Source: Nitrosopumilus sp.
GTDB taxonomy: Archaea > Thermoproteota > Nitrososphaeria > Nitrososphaerales > Nitrosopumilaceae
Assembly (NCBI GenBank): GCA_965207445.1
Contig: CBDBLX010000002.1
Span: forward strand, 480,001 to 544,000
DNA length: 64,000 nucleotides
Direction of reading: 5' to 3'
The translations under genes were made by a program, and so were the position numbers. Below, piece by piece: positions 1-10,842 of this stretch. Under the pieces are notes generated by a model. The model made no database searches. It saw nothing but the letters and a program-made list of their open reading frames with translations, and was not told the DNA's origin. Each line of letters starts with the position of its first letter. Position 1 is the stretch's first letter.

Positions 1-377
1 TTAATCTTGGTCTTTACATGCGCCCAGCATAATTGATACGTATCAAAGCAATTGTATGATGGTGCTGCATCACGTGTCACTTTCAAGTTGGGATACGGAT
101 TGGCTTGTTTTACATCATCCATTGAGCGGGATGATGGGGCTTGATATTGAATCCATATTTTGTCGCCGATTGTAATTCCTAGCCTGCCACTCTTTTTGCC
201 AATCTTTACTGGTGTGTCATCAATATTTTCGTATGAACCAATCTCCATGACTGATATGATCATTCAAAAATAACTCCTAGCCAAATGTATCGCATGCACG
301 ATACTCGATATACGGACAGGAATATAACCAAATACAGGTATGTATTTCATTATTGTGTCCAATGAGCTTGGTTCACA
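1..377 (-). pseudogene. IS66-family transposase remnant (DDE core), partial at window edge, with an in-frame stop at 264-266
   Basis: Manual translation in the frame of the 264..548 ORF continues past its stop: ...SLDTIMKYIPVFGYIPVRISSIVHAIHLARSYF*MIISVMEIGSYENIDDTPVKIGKKSGRLG...VTRDAAPSYNCFDTYQLCWAHVKTKI. The D(D/E)TP, D..Y and QLCWAH motifs are typical of IS66 TnpC. Confidence 0.65.
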
Positions 378-548
378 CGCTATTTTCAATACCAAACCTT
401 TTCCCAATTCCTTCTTTCTGGGTACAACAGTCCACACACCTCGCCCATTCTCTAATATTATGTGGCTACCACTTTGACGTGTAGGGTAAAACCCCATCTT
501 TTTTAATGCCTTGAGAACATCACGGTATCCAACAATGGGCAGGCTCAT
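264..548 (-). pseudogene. hicA: HicA-family toxin, C-terminally truncated and fused to the IS66 remnant
   Basis: First ~57 aa show the HicA signature (LKALKKMGF..TRQSGSHIIL...TVVP..KELGKG). Sequence after ~position 377 is not HicA-like. Confidence 0.75.
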
Positions 549-763
549 ATCGACACAGTTATCAGATCCAATTCTGGATCATTTTTTTTGTTTTCTATAT
601 GTTCTATACATAACATTATAGACTTTTTAGTATCTTCAATCGCCTCATCTCTAGTATTTCCTTGTCCATTGGCTTGTGGAATTTCTATACAGTAACCTAG
701 ATAGAATTTATCATCTTTTTTAATTACAATACTGTAATTATTTTTTCTCAACATGTAGGTCAC
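545..763 (-). CDS. hicB: HicB-family antitoxin
   Basis: YSIVIKKDDKFYLGYCIEIPQANGQGNTRDEAIED matches the HicB pattern; overlaps the hicA start by 4 bp. Confidence 0.85.
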   Translation of the reverse strand: MTYMLRKNNYSIVIKKDDKFYLGYCIEIPQANGQGNTRDEAIEDTKKSIMLCIEHIENKKNDPELDLITVSI

Positions 764-1052
764 TATAACATTCTAGCATATAAAACATCATATCGCAATT
801 ATTAATGTGTGTAAATAATATGTAAAAAATTTGTATGAATATCATGAAATAAAGTAAACGTGTGTATCTTGATAGACAACATTGTCACATCACAAGAGCT
901 GAATGCAATTCCTCCAATACTGTTTCATGTCTATCTCCACACGTTTGATAAAATTTTATTCTGCCGCCCATCTGATTGAATGGAACATAATCGAGATCAT
1001 CAAGAGTTATTGAAACAGATGATCCTATATGTACTTTTATCTTTATAAGCCA

Positions 1053-1143
1053 GTAACCGTTCGTAACCGTTCAACATCTTCCCAAATTCATGCATAGATT
1101 CGCCGCCTAACGACTGGCGCAGACGCAGGGGTTGAACGGTTAT
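1053..1143. mobile_element. Small MITE-like element or IS-end scar with 12-bp inverted repeats
   Basis: taaccgttcaac (1064-1075) and gttgaacggtta (1131-1142) are perfect inverted repeats, and gtaaccgttc is duplicated at 1053. A GTAA start resembles IS66-family ends. Confidence 0.5.
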
Positions 1144-1366
1144 GTTAAAATTTACATGACTCACAATTCAGATTATCATACCTGCCACTTTACATCTAGA
1201 TATAATTAATTCTGGATTATCCTCTGTGATATCATTAATTGACCAGTGCAGGCGGGGCCTGTTTATGATCATCAATAATTGGACCTGAAAGCTTATGGAA
1301 TTAGGACAGTTTAATCAACGATACTTTTATACCCTATATTCCTACATTAAACAGGGACGAACTCAC

Positions 1367-1462
1367 ATGGCCAAAAAAATAACCAAAGAAGAGAAAGAAA
1401 AAATAATAGATGATCTTTTAAGCAAGCACTATAAGGTATACGATCGGCTGGCAGAACTGTAG
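1367..1462 (+). CDS. Small 31-aa peptide, possibly an antitoxin-like protein
   Basis: MAKKITKEEKEKIIDDLLSKHYKVYDRLAEL*; abuts a 25-codon stub (1463-1540, MYYPAIQDVKLVIEKINRRYNMNAV*). Confidence 0.3.
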   Translation: MAKKITKEEKEKIIDDLLSKHYKVYDRLAEL

Positions 1463-1541
1463 ATGTACTACCCCGCAATTCAGGACGTCAAACTTGTTAT
1501 TGAAAAGATAAACCGACGTTACAACATGAACGCTGTATAGT

Positions 1542-2399
1542 ATGTTTTTTAAAGAACGTGAAAAAGCCATTGAAAATTTTCAAAAATGCATAGAATTAGG
1601 CGAACAACCTCGGGCAGCAAGCGATCTGATCGCATATGAACTATTTCTACTACACAAGTATGAACAGGCGATAAAACAATGTGACAAAAACATACAACGT
1701 AATGAGAAAAATCCTACGCCCTATTGGATCAAGGGGGCATGTTTGACAGAAAAAGGTAGTTTAAACGAGGCAGAAAAGACTATGAAAGAGGCGCTGAATT
1801 TAGATCCTGACGACCCCGTGAATTCATCAGGTTTGGGAGTCATATTGTCAAGAAAAGGTGATGATGAGGAGGCGATAAAATATCACAAACGCGCCGTGTC
1901 TGTCGAACCGGAGTCAGTCGCATTCAGATTTAATTTAGCAAGAGCATGTTTTAAAATGAACCAAATGGACGAAGCCGAAGAGAACTATAAAGTAATTTTA
2001 GAAATAGATGAAAAGCATGTCGAGGCACTAAATGATTATGGAGAGTTGCTTTCAAACAAGGGAAAATATGGCAAAGCATTGGAATGTCTGAATAAGGTGC
2101 TTGATATAGAACCAATGCACGAGGCAGCACTGACAAATACCGGAATCCTGTATGTCGAAATTGGTGACTATGAAAATGCAATGAAATGCGCCGACAAAGC
2201 CATACGACTATATCCAAAAAAGACGCGTGTGTTGTATGACAAAGCTGTGATTTTAATGAAACAAAACAGGATTGACGACACACTGGACTGGATTGAAAAA
2301 ACGGTCAGGGTGGATAATGATGCAAAGAAAATGTTCTTAGAAGATCCTACGTTTGAAAGGATTAAAAACTCAGAATTGTTCAAAAAATTAACAGAGTAG
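1542..2399 (+). CDS. Tetratricopeptide repeat (TPR) protein
   Basis: Successive 34-aa TPR-like units, e.g. ALNDYGELLSNKGKYGKALECLNKVLDIEPMHEA. Confidence 0.9.
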   Translation: MFFKEREKAIENFQKCIELGEQPRAASDLIAYELFLLHKYEQAIKQCDKNIQRNEKNPTPYWIKGACLTEKGSLNEAEKTMKEALNLDPDDPVNSSGLGVILSRKGDDEEAIKYHKRAVSVEPESVAFRFNLARACFKMNQMDEAEENYKVILEIDEKHVEALNDYGELLSNKGKYGKALECLNKVLDIEPMHEAALTNTGILYVEIGDYENAMKCADKAIRLYPKKTRVLYDKAVILMKQNRIDDTLDWIEKTVRVDNDAKKMFLEDPTFERIKNSELFKKLTE

Positions 2400-2759
2400 C
2401 GCTTTTGCAGGATTCAAGGAAATGTTCTTTGTCACTCTATCCTAATAAATATATATATACATATATTTATCTGATTTTGGAAGTTTTAATATTTACGTAA
2501 TTTACCAGATCATTTAGTTACTAATTCAGGTGTGATATTTTCTGATTGTCGTTCTCCGGCTTTATTATGCATGACATCTAATTATTGAATATTTTTGCGC
2601 AGAGATATCTGTTAAAACTCTCTTGTGTGAGTTTTTTGTCGTGCCAGAATTTATGAGCATTGCTATAATCATATTGGCATTGAGAGTTGAGCAGTTACTT
2701 GTACAACACAATATGGAAAAATAAAGCGTTAAATACACTACATGTTGAATAATCTCTAA

Positions 2760-4043
2760 ATGAAATATCTAAAAAACTCAGCATTGATGTTTGCAATGGT
2801 TCTATCAGTTGCTGTTCTTTATACCGGTGGTGTGTCAACAGCACCTGGTAATAATTCTATGATTATACCTGACGTATTTGCTCAGACTTTGAATAATGAG
2901 ATTAAAATAGCATTTTTGAGTGACTTTGGACACGTTGATGCATTCAACTATGCTGTTGATAGTTTTAACCATGAACAGTCTACTATAACTAGTTCAAATT
3001 ATCAAATTACTAGTATGGTTGCAACTGTAAATAGCCGTACAGTTGTCTCTGAGATACAGCGACTAGAGGCAGCTGGGTATACGTACTTTGTAGGACCACT
3101 TACTAGCAGTGCTTCTAATGAGGCAAGACAATATGCCGATACAAAGTCAGATATGGTTTTACTCTCACCTTCATCAACTGCTGCATCTCTGGCTATTCCA
3201 AACGATAGTCTGTTTAGATTGGTACCAAGTGATGACAAACAAGTTCCAATTATCATGAACCGTATTCAAGATGATGGTAAAGAGCATGTTGTACTAGTGT
3301 ATAGAAATGATACGTGGGGAACAGGTATTCGAGATAATATTATACGCGACTATTCTGAAATGGTCTCACTAGATATCTTGTTGCATCCTGATGGTTTAAA
3401 CTCTGCTAGTGTTGCATCCCAAGCTACGGCCAAAGTTCAAGAACTAGTAACAGCATATGGCTCTGAGACTGTTGCAGTTGTATTGGTCTCATTTGAAACT
3501 GACACTATTGCTCTGATTGAGCACATTACATCTAATCAACAATACACTAACACACTTGATGATGTGATATGGTATGGTGCAGACGGCATTTCGCAAAATT
3601 CGGCTGTTGCAAGCAATACTCGAGTTGCATCCTTTCTTGTCTCAGTTGGCTTGACTGCCTCGCAATTTGGGACGGCACCAAATGCAATAAACCAAGTTAT
3701 CTCTGCACAAAACTTTGCTGATGGCGGCTATTCATTTGCCAATGGTGTATTTGATGCTGTATTTTTACTTGCTGATACTATAATCATAAAAGATGAGGCG
3801 TCTACTCGTAATGAGGTATACACCATAAAGTCATTATTACCTGATGTGGCTGCAGGGCTACAAACTCATGACCACCACCCTAATGATAGAACAATTGGCA
3901 TTGGTGCACTAGGTGAATTTACTCTAAATAGTGCAGGTGATCTAGCATCTCCTATCTTGTTTGTACCTTATGAGATGTATCAAAAATCAGACGGTACATA
4001 TAACTGGCGCGTAGTATCAGATATGGTCAAAGTCTGCCGCTAA
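2760..4043 (+). CDS. Branched-chain amino acid (LivJ/K-like) ABC substrate-binding protein, orphan
   Basis: N-terminal signal/anchor; GPLTSS, LLSPSSTA, LFRLVPSDD and YRNDTWG motifs; clearly homologous to the 25609 protein. Confidence 0.85.
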   Translation: MKYLKNSALMFAMVLSVAVLYTGGVSTAPGNNSMIIPDVFAQTLNNEIKIAFLSDFGHVDAFNYAVDSFNHEQSTITSSNYQITSMVATVNSRTVVSEIQRLEAAGYTYFVGPLTSSASNEARQYADTKSDMVLLSPSSTAASLAIPNDSLFRLVPSDDKQVPIIMNRIQDDGKEHVVLVYRNDTWGTGIRDNIIRDYSEMVSLDILLHPDGLNSASVASQATAKVQELVTAYGSETVAVVLVSFETDTIALIEHITSNQQYTNTLDDVIWYGADGISQNSAVASNTRVASFLVSVGLTASQFGTAPNAINQVISAQNFADGGYSFANGVFDAVFLLADTIIIKDEASTRNEVYTIKSLLPDVAAGLQTHDHHPNDRTIGIGALGEFTLNSAGDLASPILFVPYEMYQKSDGTYNWRVVSDMVKVCR

Positions 4044-4184
4044 ATATATCTTGTAAAATTTAGTTTTCTGTATATTTTCTCCGTTCACACATATTTTTCT
4101 ATCGTACTAACAATGGCATCACTAGAAGAATAATTTGCATTGGTGTATTTTTTTTTAATATGACTTGTTGTCGTTGTCGTTGTT

Positions 4185-7103
4185 TCAAGCATCCTTAACA
4201 TCTTGTAAATTTTCACTCTCTTGATTTGCTGATCTGAGTAGCATTAATTTCTCTTTAATTTTATCCACAATACTTGTATCTTTTTTATAGGCTGGTTTAT
4301 TATCTTTTAACAAATCGTCTATGAATTTTTTATAGTCTTGTTTCCACCCTAACACCTTTTGAAGATCTTCTTCAAACTTCGAATATACATTCCTCTTGGT
4401 CTTTGATATGACATATTCTATCTTACCTGTATTTATCGAACCTGTCACAGATGGATATATAATATATGTCTCAATTACATCTTCTGGTATGTTTTCTGCA
4501 CGTGATAACATCCTTTTGTATGCTGTAACTTGTTTGTTATGGCTAGTAGTTTTGTTTGAATCTTTCTTTGAGCTGGTTTTATAATCTATGATTACATATC
4601 CTGCATCGTGCTTGAAGACTGCATCGATCTTTCCTACAAATACTAGTTCTTCTATATCTCCTCCTCCTACTGTGTCATACTCTGTCATCTCTTTGATTGG
4701 AACATCATATTTCTTCTCTAATGCATGTATTTGCCATCCTGGATATTTTGCTCCTATCTCATCTAGTGCAGATTGGGCATTCTTTATTGCAATTTCGAGT
4801 TTCTCTTTAAAAGATATCCGCCGGTTATCTCCTCCTTGAGCGTCGCCCTCATAATTATCTCCAATATTATCATAATCTTGTATTGTAATATTTTGTGCAT
4901 TGGCATCTCCTTTTAGTATCTTGTGTATTTTATCGTGAAATATGGTGCCAAAATCTGAACTACTCTTTGCAGTATATGTATTGACACCAATTATGTTGTT
5001 TTGCATAAAATCCGGCGGCGATGTGTTGATCTTAGAGTATGATATGCGATCCATCTCCTTAAAGTAATCTGCAATTTTATTCTCTATCCATACACCCTCG
5101 ACACTTTTCTTTAACATTCCTTGCGACTCTTTTACTCTTCCTTGCACAAATAGTGAATAGGCTTCTGCAAGCATGTTGTCTGTACTATTTGTAGTTGACA
5201 TGTACACCTCTGGGTCTTTGTCAGCATCATCATGCACAACATTTACTATGTTTTCATCATCATCATCATCATCATTTATGATAAATTCTTTAATGTTTCT
5301 ACGATCTGTTATTACCACAAGCTCATTTTTTGCCCTTGTTAGTGCAACAAAGTGCTGTCTCATGTATTCTTGTTTTATCTCATCTTGCACATTAATTTCT
5401 AGAGACTGCAATATGGTTCTCTTCACTTTATCATAAATGCTAGTCTTTGTTACATTTTTTGGTATATATATGACCATGCCAAACTCTCGCCCCTTTGCCT
5501 TGTGTATACTACTGACTGTTATCTTTTTGTCCTTGTAATCATCATTACTTTTATTTTTGGACCTGGGTTCTACTTGTGGCTCTTCACAGATTGCAAGATA
5601 ATCAAACATCTCATCAAGCACTGGGGTATTCTTATCCAAATAATCCTCCATATTCTCCTTTATTGACACTGCTGCAACAAACCACTCTTCGCCTTTTGAT
5701 ATGCAGATTGGCAGTATCACACTTTTGAACAGCATATCCAAATCGCTGAACTTTAGATCAACGTCCCATGACTCTAATTCTTTGAGTTTATTATTATTAT
5801 CCTGTTCTGATCTTTTCTGTTGTGCAGTAGAGAACGCATCTGCCTCCCTTAATGTGTATGGTGAGAATATGGTCCATGCTGCACGAATTTTTTTATCCAT
5901 ATCATCATATAATAATCCCGCAAGAAATTTTATAATCTCAATTTTTGCGACAACCGTATCCTTTTTTGCTGATGTTGATGTGTGTTTTATGTCGTGTTTG
6001 TCAAAATATCTTGAAATTTCTGAAACCTGCTCATTTGTTCTTGCTAGTACGCCAATATCTTTTTCTGGACTATCTTTTATTGTTTGCAGTATATTTGAGA
6101 GCCAATTATTTGTTTTCAATATGATTGGCTTGTTTCCTGACCCTCGTGTTGATTTGAGGTTTAGCAAATTACTCTTTTCTGCCTCATCGATCTCGACGCC
6201 TCTCAGGTAGTGTTGTTTTGCATACTCGAGAATCTCACTTGTACTACGCCAATTCTCCAAAAGTTCCATACTTTTACATCTCTCTCTAAATCTTTCCACA
6301 TGTTTGGTAGAGCCTCCTTGGAATCCAAATATTGCTTGTTTCTTGTCACCTACCAAAATTATGTTCTGTGCCACTTTTTTTACAATATTTGACTCCATCT
6401 CATTCATATCTTGCATCTCATCGACTAGTACATACTCGTACTTTTTTTGGCCATATTCATCAAGAAATTTTATTAACATATCTGTATAGTCTATGCTATC
6501 TTTCTTTGTCTTCTCATATTCGTAATATGCATATGTGAGGTATTTTGTAAATGCTTTTAATTCTTCTAGTGTAGACTTTTCTTCTGAACTTGAATATATT
6601 TTTTCTATAACACCTGATACTTTTTTCGCATCTATCATTTCTGGAGTTATGCCAAAACTTTTGATGTATTTTATGGCATTTGCCGTATTTGGTACAACAT
6701 CTGAAATAATATAATTTTTTAAGTGATGTGTGGCGCCATTTTTAGTGAGACTACTAAATATTGAGAATCGTAGTAAATTATCATCATTTATCACTGATGA
6801 GATCAAACCATTGTCTACTAGATACTCGTGTGCGAAACTATGAAATGTGTGTATGTGGATATTTTTTACCTTTGAGTAATGTTTAGAGTCTACATGCTCA
6901 AAAATGGAATCATACATCTCATCTCTTGCCTTTTTTGTAAATGTAATGCACAGGATTTCATCTGGGTTTATGCAGTTTTCTAAGAGTTGTATCACTTTTA
7001 ATGCTAGTGTGGTGGTCTTTCCTGTTCCTGGATTTGCCGTCACGATGGACTCTTTGTCTGTTTCAATTATCTGTAATTGCTCTGGTGTTGGGTCTATTGT
7101 CAT
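4185..7103 (-). CDS. UvrD/REP-family helicase with C-terminal PD-(D/E)XK nuclease (AddA/RecB-like architecture)
   Basis: ANPGTGKT, VDEMQD, GDKKQAIFGFQG, NWRS, IHKAKGREF and VALTRAK motifs; C-terminal GKIDAV...IIDYKTS. Confidence 0.9.
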   Translation of the reverse strand: MTIDPTPEQLQIIETDKESIVTANPGTGKTTTLALKVIQLLENCINPDEILCITFTKKARDEMYDSIFEHVDSKHYSKVKNIHIHTFHSFAHEYLVDNGLISSVINDDNLLRFSIFSSLTKNGATHHLKNYIISDVVPNTANAIKYIKSFGITPEMIDAKKVSGVIEKIYSSSEEKSTLEELKAFTKYLTYAYYEYEKTKKDSIDYTDMLIKFLDEYGQKKYEYVLVDEMQDMNEMESNIVKKVAQNIILVGDKKQAIFGFQGGSTKHVERFRERCKSMELLENWRSTSEILEYAKQHYLRGVEIDEAEKSNLLNLKSTRGSGNKPIILKTNNWLSNILQTIKDSPEKDIGVLARTNEQVSEISRYFDKHDIKHTSTSAKKDTVVAKIEIIKFLAGLLYDDMDKKIRAAWTIFSPYTLREADAFSTAQQKRSEQDNNNKLKELESWDVDLKFSDLDMLFKSVILPICISKGEEWFVAAVSIKENMEDYLDKNTPVLDEMFDYLAICEEPQVEPRSKNKSNDDYKDKKITVSSIHKAKGREFGMVIYIPKNVTKTSIYDKVKRTILQSLEINVQDEIKQEYMRQHFVALTRAKNELVVITDRRNIKEFIINDDDDDDENIVNVVHDDADKDPEVYMSTTNSTDNMLAEAYSLFVQGRVKESQGMLKKSVEGVWIENKIADYFKEMDRISYSKINTSPPDFMQNNIIGVNTYTAKSSSDFGTIFHDKIHKILKGDANAQNITIQDYDNIGDNYEGDAQGGDNRRISFKEKLEIAIKNAQSALDEIGAKYPGWQIHALEKKYDVPIKEMTEYDTVGGGDIEELVFVGKIDAVFKHDAGYVIIDYKTSSKKDSNKTTSHNKQVTAYKRMLSRAENIPEDVIETYIIYPSVTGSINTGKIEYVISKTKRNVYSKFEEDLQKVLGWKQDYKKFIDDLLKDNKPAYKKDTSIVDKIKEKLMLLRSANQESENLQDVKDA

Positions 7104-7219
7104 TATAATTTCTCATTGCATTTTACCTTGAATATATGTTGTCAACATGTGATGTTTCATTTATTTTAAAATATACTTTTAATTAATAATGTATTATATG
7201 TGTGGAAATTTATTTTAAT

Positions 7220-7741
7220 TTATTGAATTTTACAACAACTCTTTGCCTGTAGTCCGCGTGATATCCACCATATTGAGAATATTAGCACACCTGCTGATAT
7301 TGCTTTTAGTTCCAAACCTTGCATTGGAAATATTGATAATCCGCCTACTGCACCAAGTATGACTGCAAGTGGTGCTGTGCATGCTGGACATCCTGGTGTA
7401 AATGCCGCAAAGACGCCACCTAGTATAGGTAGTGTATTTTTAGATGGTGTATTTGGTTTTTTTACCTGCAAGTTTGACATCATCTTTACCATTTTAATCT
7501 TGTATGCCATCATGGCAAAATTTACTCCTGCAAGTCCAGATATTCCTATGGTGAGTGCTATTGATATTGTCGTGTATGCTGGTATCGTTTTCATTATGGT
7601 ATCTAGATGTATGGGAAGCATTACCATTGTGAGTGTATAGTATATGATGCCAAGTCCAATACCACTTGTAATTGCTATTGTGGCGTATCGTTTTGTAAAT
7701 AATATTTGAGATATGACCTGAGATTTGGTCTGTGTTGACAT
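7220..7741 (-). CDS. Membrane protein with CPAC (CxxC) motif
   Basis: Four hydrophobic segments, PGCPAC motif and C-terminal CC. Confidence 0.7.
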   Translation of the reverse strand: MSTQTKSQVISQILFTKRYATIAITSGIGLGIIYYTLTMVMLPIHLDTIMKTIPAYTTISIALTIGISGLAGVNFAMMAYKIKMVKMMSNLQVKKPNTPSKNTLPILGGVFAAFTPGCPACTAPLAVILGAVGGLSIFPMQGLELKAISAGVLIFSIWWISRGLQAKSCCKIQ

Positions 7742-7791
7742 TATTCTGTTTATGCTAAATCGTATATTTTACCTTGTTGTTTTGATATTAA

Positions 7792-8706
7792 TTAAAAGCC
7801 ACGTAGTCCTTGTGGACGTGCCACCTCTGGGTGTTGCCGTAACCAATCTATCTGTGAGAGCATGTCGTGCTTTTCGTGTGGAAATGTTCCTTTTATGGTA
7901 TATGCATTTGATCCGTGGTTTGCCCTAAATACGGTGCTACTTCCATCTTGTATCTCTATCTGTTTTACAATATCATACATTTCGTCTAATGACTCATCAT
8001 CATTTATTGTGATAAATGGCTCTGCAAATTTGTCATGAAACTCCTTTCGAATTCCTTCATCAAGGTGCAGTGTTAATGTCCCTATGTAGTGTGGCGCACA
8101 TGCACTTATCACATCTGCTGTACCTTTTGCATGCTCTTTAGAGTACTTTTTACCGCCCAATCCAAGTATTATCATACATGACATTACATACCCTGCGTCT
8201 TTTGCCTTGTTTACTGACTTTATGATGGTCTTTGCAATTGCCCCCTTTGTGACTTTTTTGAGTATTATATCCGAACCACTCTCTATTCCAAGATAAAACA
8301 TATCGAGTCCTGCCTCTCTCATACGTTGTAGGTCCTCTTTACTTTTTTTGAGTATATTCATTGGCATTGCATAACATGAGATTCGCTCTGTATGTGGAAA
8401 TTTTTCTCGTATGTATTGCGTTATTTTCATCATGTATTCTGTATCCAAGTTTAGTGCATCCCCGTCTGCAAGAAAGAATCGTTTAGCGTGTGGTTGATAT
8501 TTTGCCATCATGTCTATCTCATCTTTTATCGTTTGCCATGGTCTCTCTGTGTACTCTTTTGAGCGATACATGTCACAAAACGAACACTCATTAAAAGAGC
8601 ATCCCAGCGTAACTTGAAATATTACTGATTGCGCTTCTGATGGCGGTCTGTACAATGGCATATCATATGTCATCAATTTTATCACTTTCTGACTCTGACT
8701 AGTCAT
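7792..8706 (-). CDS. Radical SAM protein
   Basis: CSFNECSFC cluster motif (Cx4Cx2C variant), YRPPSEA, FLADGDA, GIESG. Confidence 0.9.
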   Translation of the reverse strand: MTSQSQKVIKLMTYDMPLYRPPSEAQSVIFQVTLGCSFNECSFCDMYRSKEYTERPWQTIKDEIDMMAKYQPHAKRFFLADGDALNLDTEYMMKITQYIREKFPHTERISCYAMPMNILKKSKEDLQRMREAGLDMFYLGIESGSDIILKKVTKGAIAKTIIKSVNKAKDAGYVMSCMIILGLGGKKYSKEHAKGTADVISACAPHYIGTLTLHLDEGIRKEFHDKFAEPFITINDDESLDEMYDIVKQIEIQDGSSTVFRANHGSNAYTIKGTFPHEKHDMLSQIDWLRQHPEVARPQGLRGF

Positions 8707-8801
8707 TATAATTCTTTATGATTATTAAATTGTTGTGACAAATTCTCACGTTTGTTTCATTTTGGATAAAAGTAATTAACATACATTTTGTACTTTTTCA
8801 C

Positions 8802-9086
8802 ATGGAGCCTCCTTTACTAATTCTATCTATAATATCGCTTGCTAATATTGGCATACTGAGTGCACTTTTGTTTCTGTTTGGCCGCATGTATGCTGCCACA
8901 AAAGCACAACTTCCACTTGGTATGATTGTAGTGGCAATTAGCCTACTTTTACACAACTTTATAGGAGCAGCCGGATTCTTCTCACATGATATGCTTATAT
9001 CTGATTCTATATTTCCGTATATGCTGGGTGTAGGAATTACAGAACTTGTGGGTTTGATAATATTTTTAAAGATTACAGTTGACTAA
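8802..9086 (+). CDS. Hypothetical membrane protein (about 3 TM)
   Basis: Hydrophobic ORF that fills the intergenic space and has an AT-rich TATA-like upstream region. Confidence 0.7.
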   Translation: MEPPLLILSIISLANIGILSALLFLFGRMYAATKAQLPLGMIVVAISLLLHNFIGAAGFFSHDMLISDSIFPYMLGVGITELVGLIIFLKITVD

Positions 9087-9116
9087 AAAAACTTTATTTG
9101 AATGTAATTTTTGTGA

Positions 9117-9581
9117 ATGATGCGTATGCTACGCGATTACATACGGGTAAACATTAGCATGTTTGTTGCATTTGCAGTGGCGTTTCCTGCATCTGCTGTA
9201 GCAGCTGATGTATTATCTGACATGGAGCCTCATTTGAATGCGACATATGCGACCATAATAGATTATGTTGCATATTTGGGGACGTTTGGGTTTATGTTTT
9301 ATGTTACAAACCGACATAGATACAAAACTGATTTACGTTTTGATAACAGTGATGCTACTGGTACGACACGTTCTCGTATGCGATGTGATCTAAAAAAGAT
9401 CATCACATCACTTGGAATAGGTGAGATTGTGTATGGTGTGGTACGATGGGTGATGCAATATTACTTGCTTGAAGTGTGGCAGTATGAGCCTTATGTGTCA
9501 TCTGTGGTGGCTCAATCTGTTGCAGTTGTGATTTATGTAATTGTAATGAATTTTAGCATAAAAGCTACAAAACTCTACTAG
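9117..9581 (+). CDS. Hypothetical membrane protein (GtrA-like topology)
   Basis: About four hydrophobic segments; co-oriented with its neighbours. Confidence 0.6.
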   Translation: MMRMLRDYIRVNISMFVAFAVAFPASAVAADVLSDMEPHLNATYATIIDYVAYLGTFGFMFYVTNRHRYKTDLRFDNSDATGTTRSRMRCDLKKIITSLGIGEIVYGVVRWVMQYYLLEVWQYEPYVSSVVAQSVAVVIYVIVMNFSIKATKLY

Positions 9582-9646
9582 TACATTGGTTGTTGGGGCC
9601 GGGCTGTAAATAAGATTAAAATTTCTTATCTGTGGTGTAATTAATT

Positions 9647-10126
9647 ATGATTCACATATACACTGATGGTTCTGGGCATCCGAAGAGCGGATTTGGGTGG
9701 TTTGTAAAAGAGACGAACAAATCCCACTATACACGTCTTGATGACCCCGTAACGAATAATCAAGCAGAATACATGGCTATAATTTCTGCACTGCAATATA
9801 TTGTACATGATCTATTAGATTCTGGTATCTTTTCTAATGATGATGATGTACATAATAATGATGGAAGTGATCATGATGATGGAAGTGATCATGATGATGA
9901 TGGAAATGATGATAATAGTAGTAATAATAATAATATAGTTATATGCAGTGACTCTCTGAATACTGTAAAGCAACTAAACCACCAATATGCAATAAATAAC
10001 ACGATATTACGTGAGCTTGCAATGCAAGCTTGGTCTGAGATGGCCAAACTAAATAAAAAATGTAAACTTGAGATTGTATGGATAAAACGGCAAGATAATT
10101 TAGCCGGAAAAATGCTTGGAAGCTAA
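9647..10126 (+). CDS. rnhA: Ribonuclease HI family protein with Asp/Asn-rich insertion
   Basis: IYTDGS, TNNQAEY.A, ICSDS and WIKR..N.A motifs. Confidence 0.85.
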   Translation: MIHIYTDGSGHPKSGFGWFVKETNKSHYTRLDDPVTNNQAEYMAIISALQYIVHDLLDSGIFSNDDDVHNNDGSDHDDGSDHDDDGNDDNSSNNNNIVICSDSLNTVKQLNHQYAINNTILRELAMQAWSEMAKLNKKCKLEIVWIKRQDNLAGKMLGS

Positions 10127-10132
10127 CTTGTA

Positions 10133-10807
10133 CTATTTCTCAACTAACGTGTCTACAAATTCCTTGTGTAAGATGGGCATCTCTTGACACAAATATTTGA
10201 AGAACTTTACAAATTCATCTGTTTCATTTTTGATATATTCTATAATTGTATCGTACTCTTTTGCCTCATACCACTCTCCAACCTGTCTGCCACTTTGCTT
10301 TTTACCTGTCATCTTGTCAAGTCCTGAGTCTTTAAATTTTCCATTATTCATTAAAACCAAGATGGGGTGCATGTCGATCATGGGGCGATTCATCATTATG
10401 TTAATCTCTGGTAAATTATGCTCTTTTGTCTTGTAGTGTAGAAATTTATGCTCAAACAATAGGTTGTTTCCAATCAATACACAATCGAATTGATGTGTAC
10501 TTGTTATCATGGTTCCCCGTATGAGTCTACGTATTATTGTAGATTCGTCTTGTTCCCACTCTTTTAATATGACTACATCTCCCATAGCCTCTCCTGTGTG
10601 TGGGTTTATCTTTTGGTACTGGATTGTAATTATCTTGTTTGATTCTGGTTTTAATCCAGTCGTCTCTATGTCCAAATAATATGTTCCCAATGATACGTGT
10701 AATGGTTGCAGAGTCTTAAGTTTAGTGATTTTATATGTGTCAAAAACTTGATCATTTTTATCCTTTTTGTAATTTAACACGTGTACTGTTTTACTATATA
10801 AAATCAT
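10133..10807 (-). CDS. RNase H-like / DnaQ-like 3'-5' exonuclease domain protein
   Basis: YLDIETTG (Exo I), IGNNLLFE, IDMH and IIEYIKNE motifs. The true start may be downstream of the tracked start. Confidence 0.75.
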   Translation of the reverse strand: MILYSKTVHVLNYKKDKNDQVFDTYKITKLKTLQPLHVSLGTYYLDIETTGLKPESNKIITIQYQKINPHTGEAMGDVVILKEWEQDESTIIRRLIRGTMITSTHQFDCVLIGNNLLFEHKFLHYKTKEHNLPEINIMMNRPMIDMHPILVLMNNGKFKDSGLDKMTGKKQSGRQVGEWYEAKEYDTIIEYIKNETDEFVKFFKYLCQEMPILHKEFVDTLVEK

Positions 10808-10842
10808 TTAATCTATATCTGATAAAATGGCGATGATAAAAC

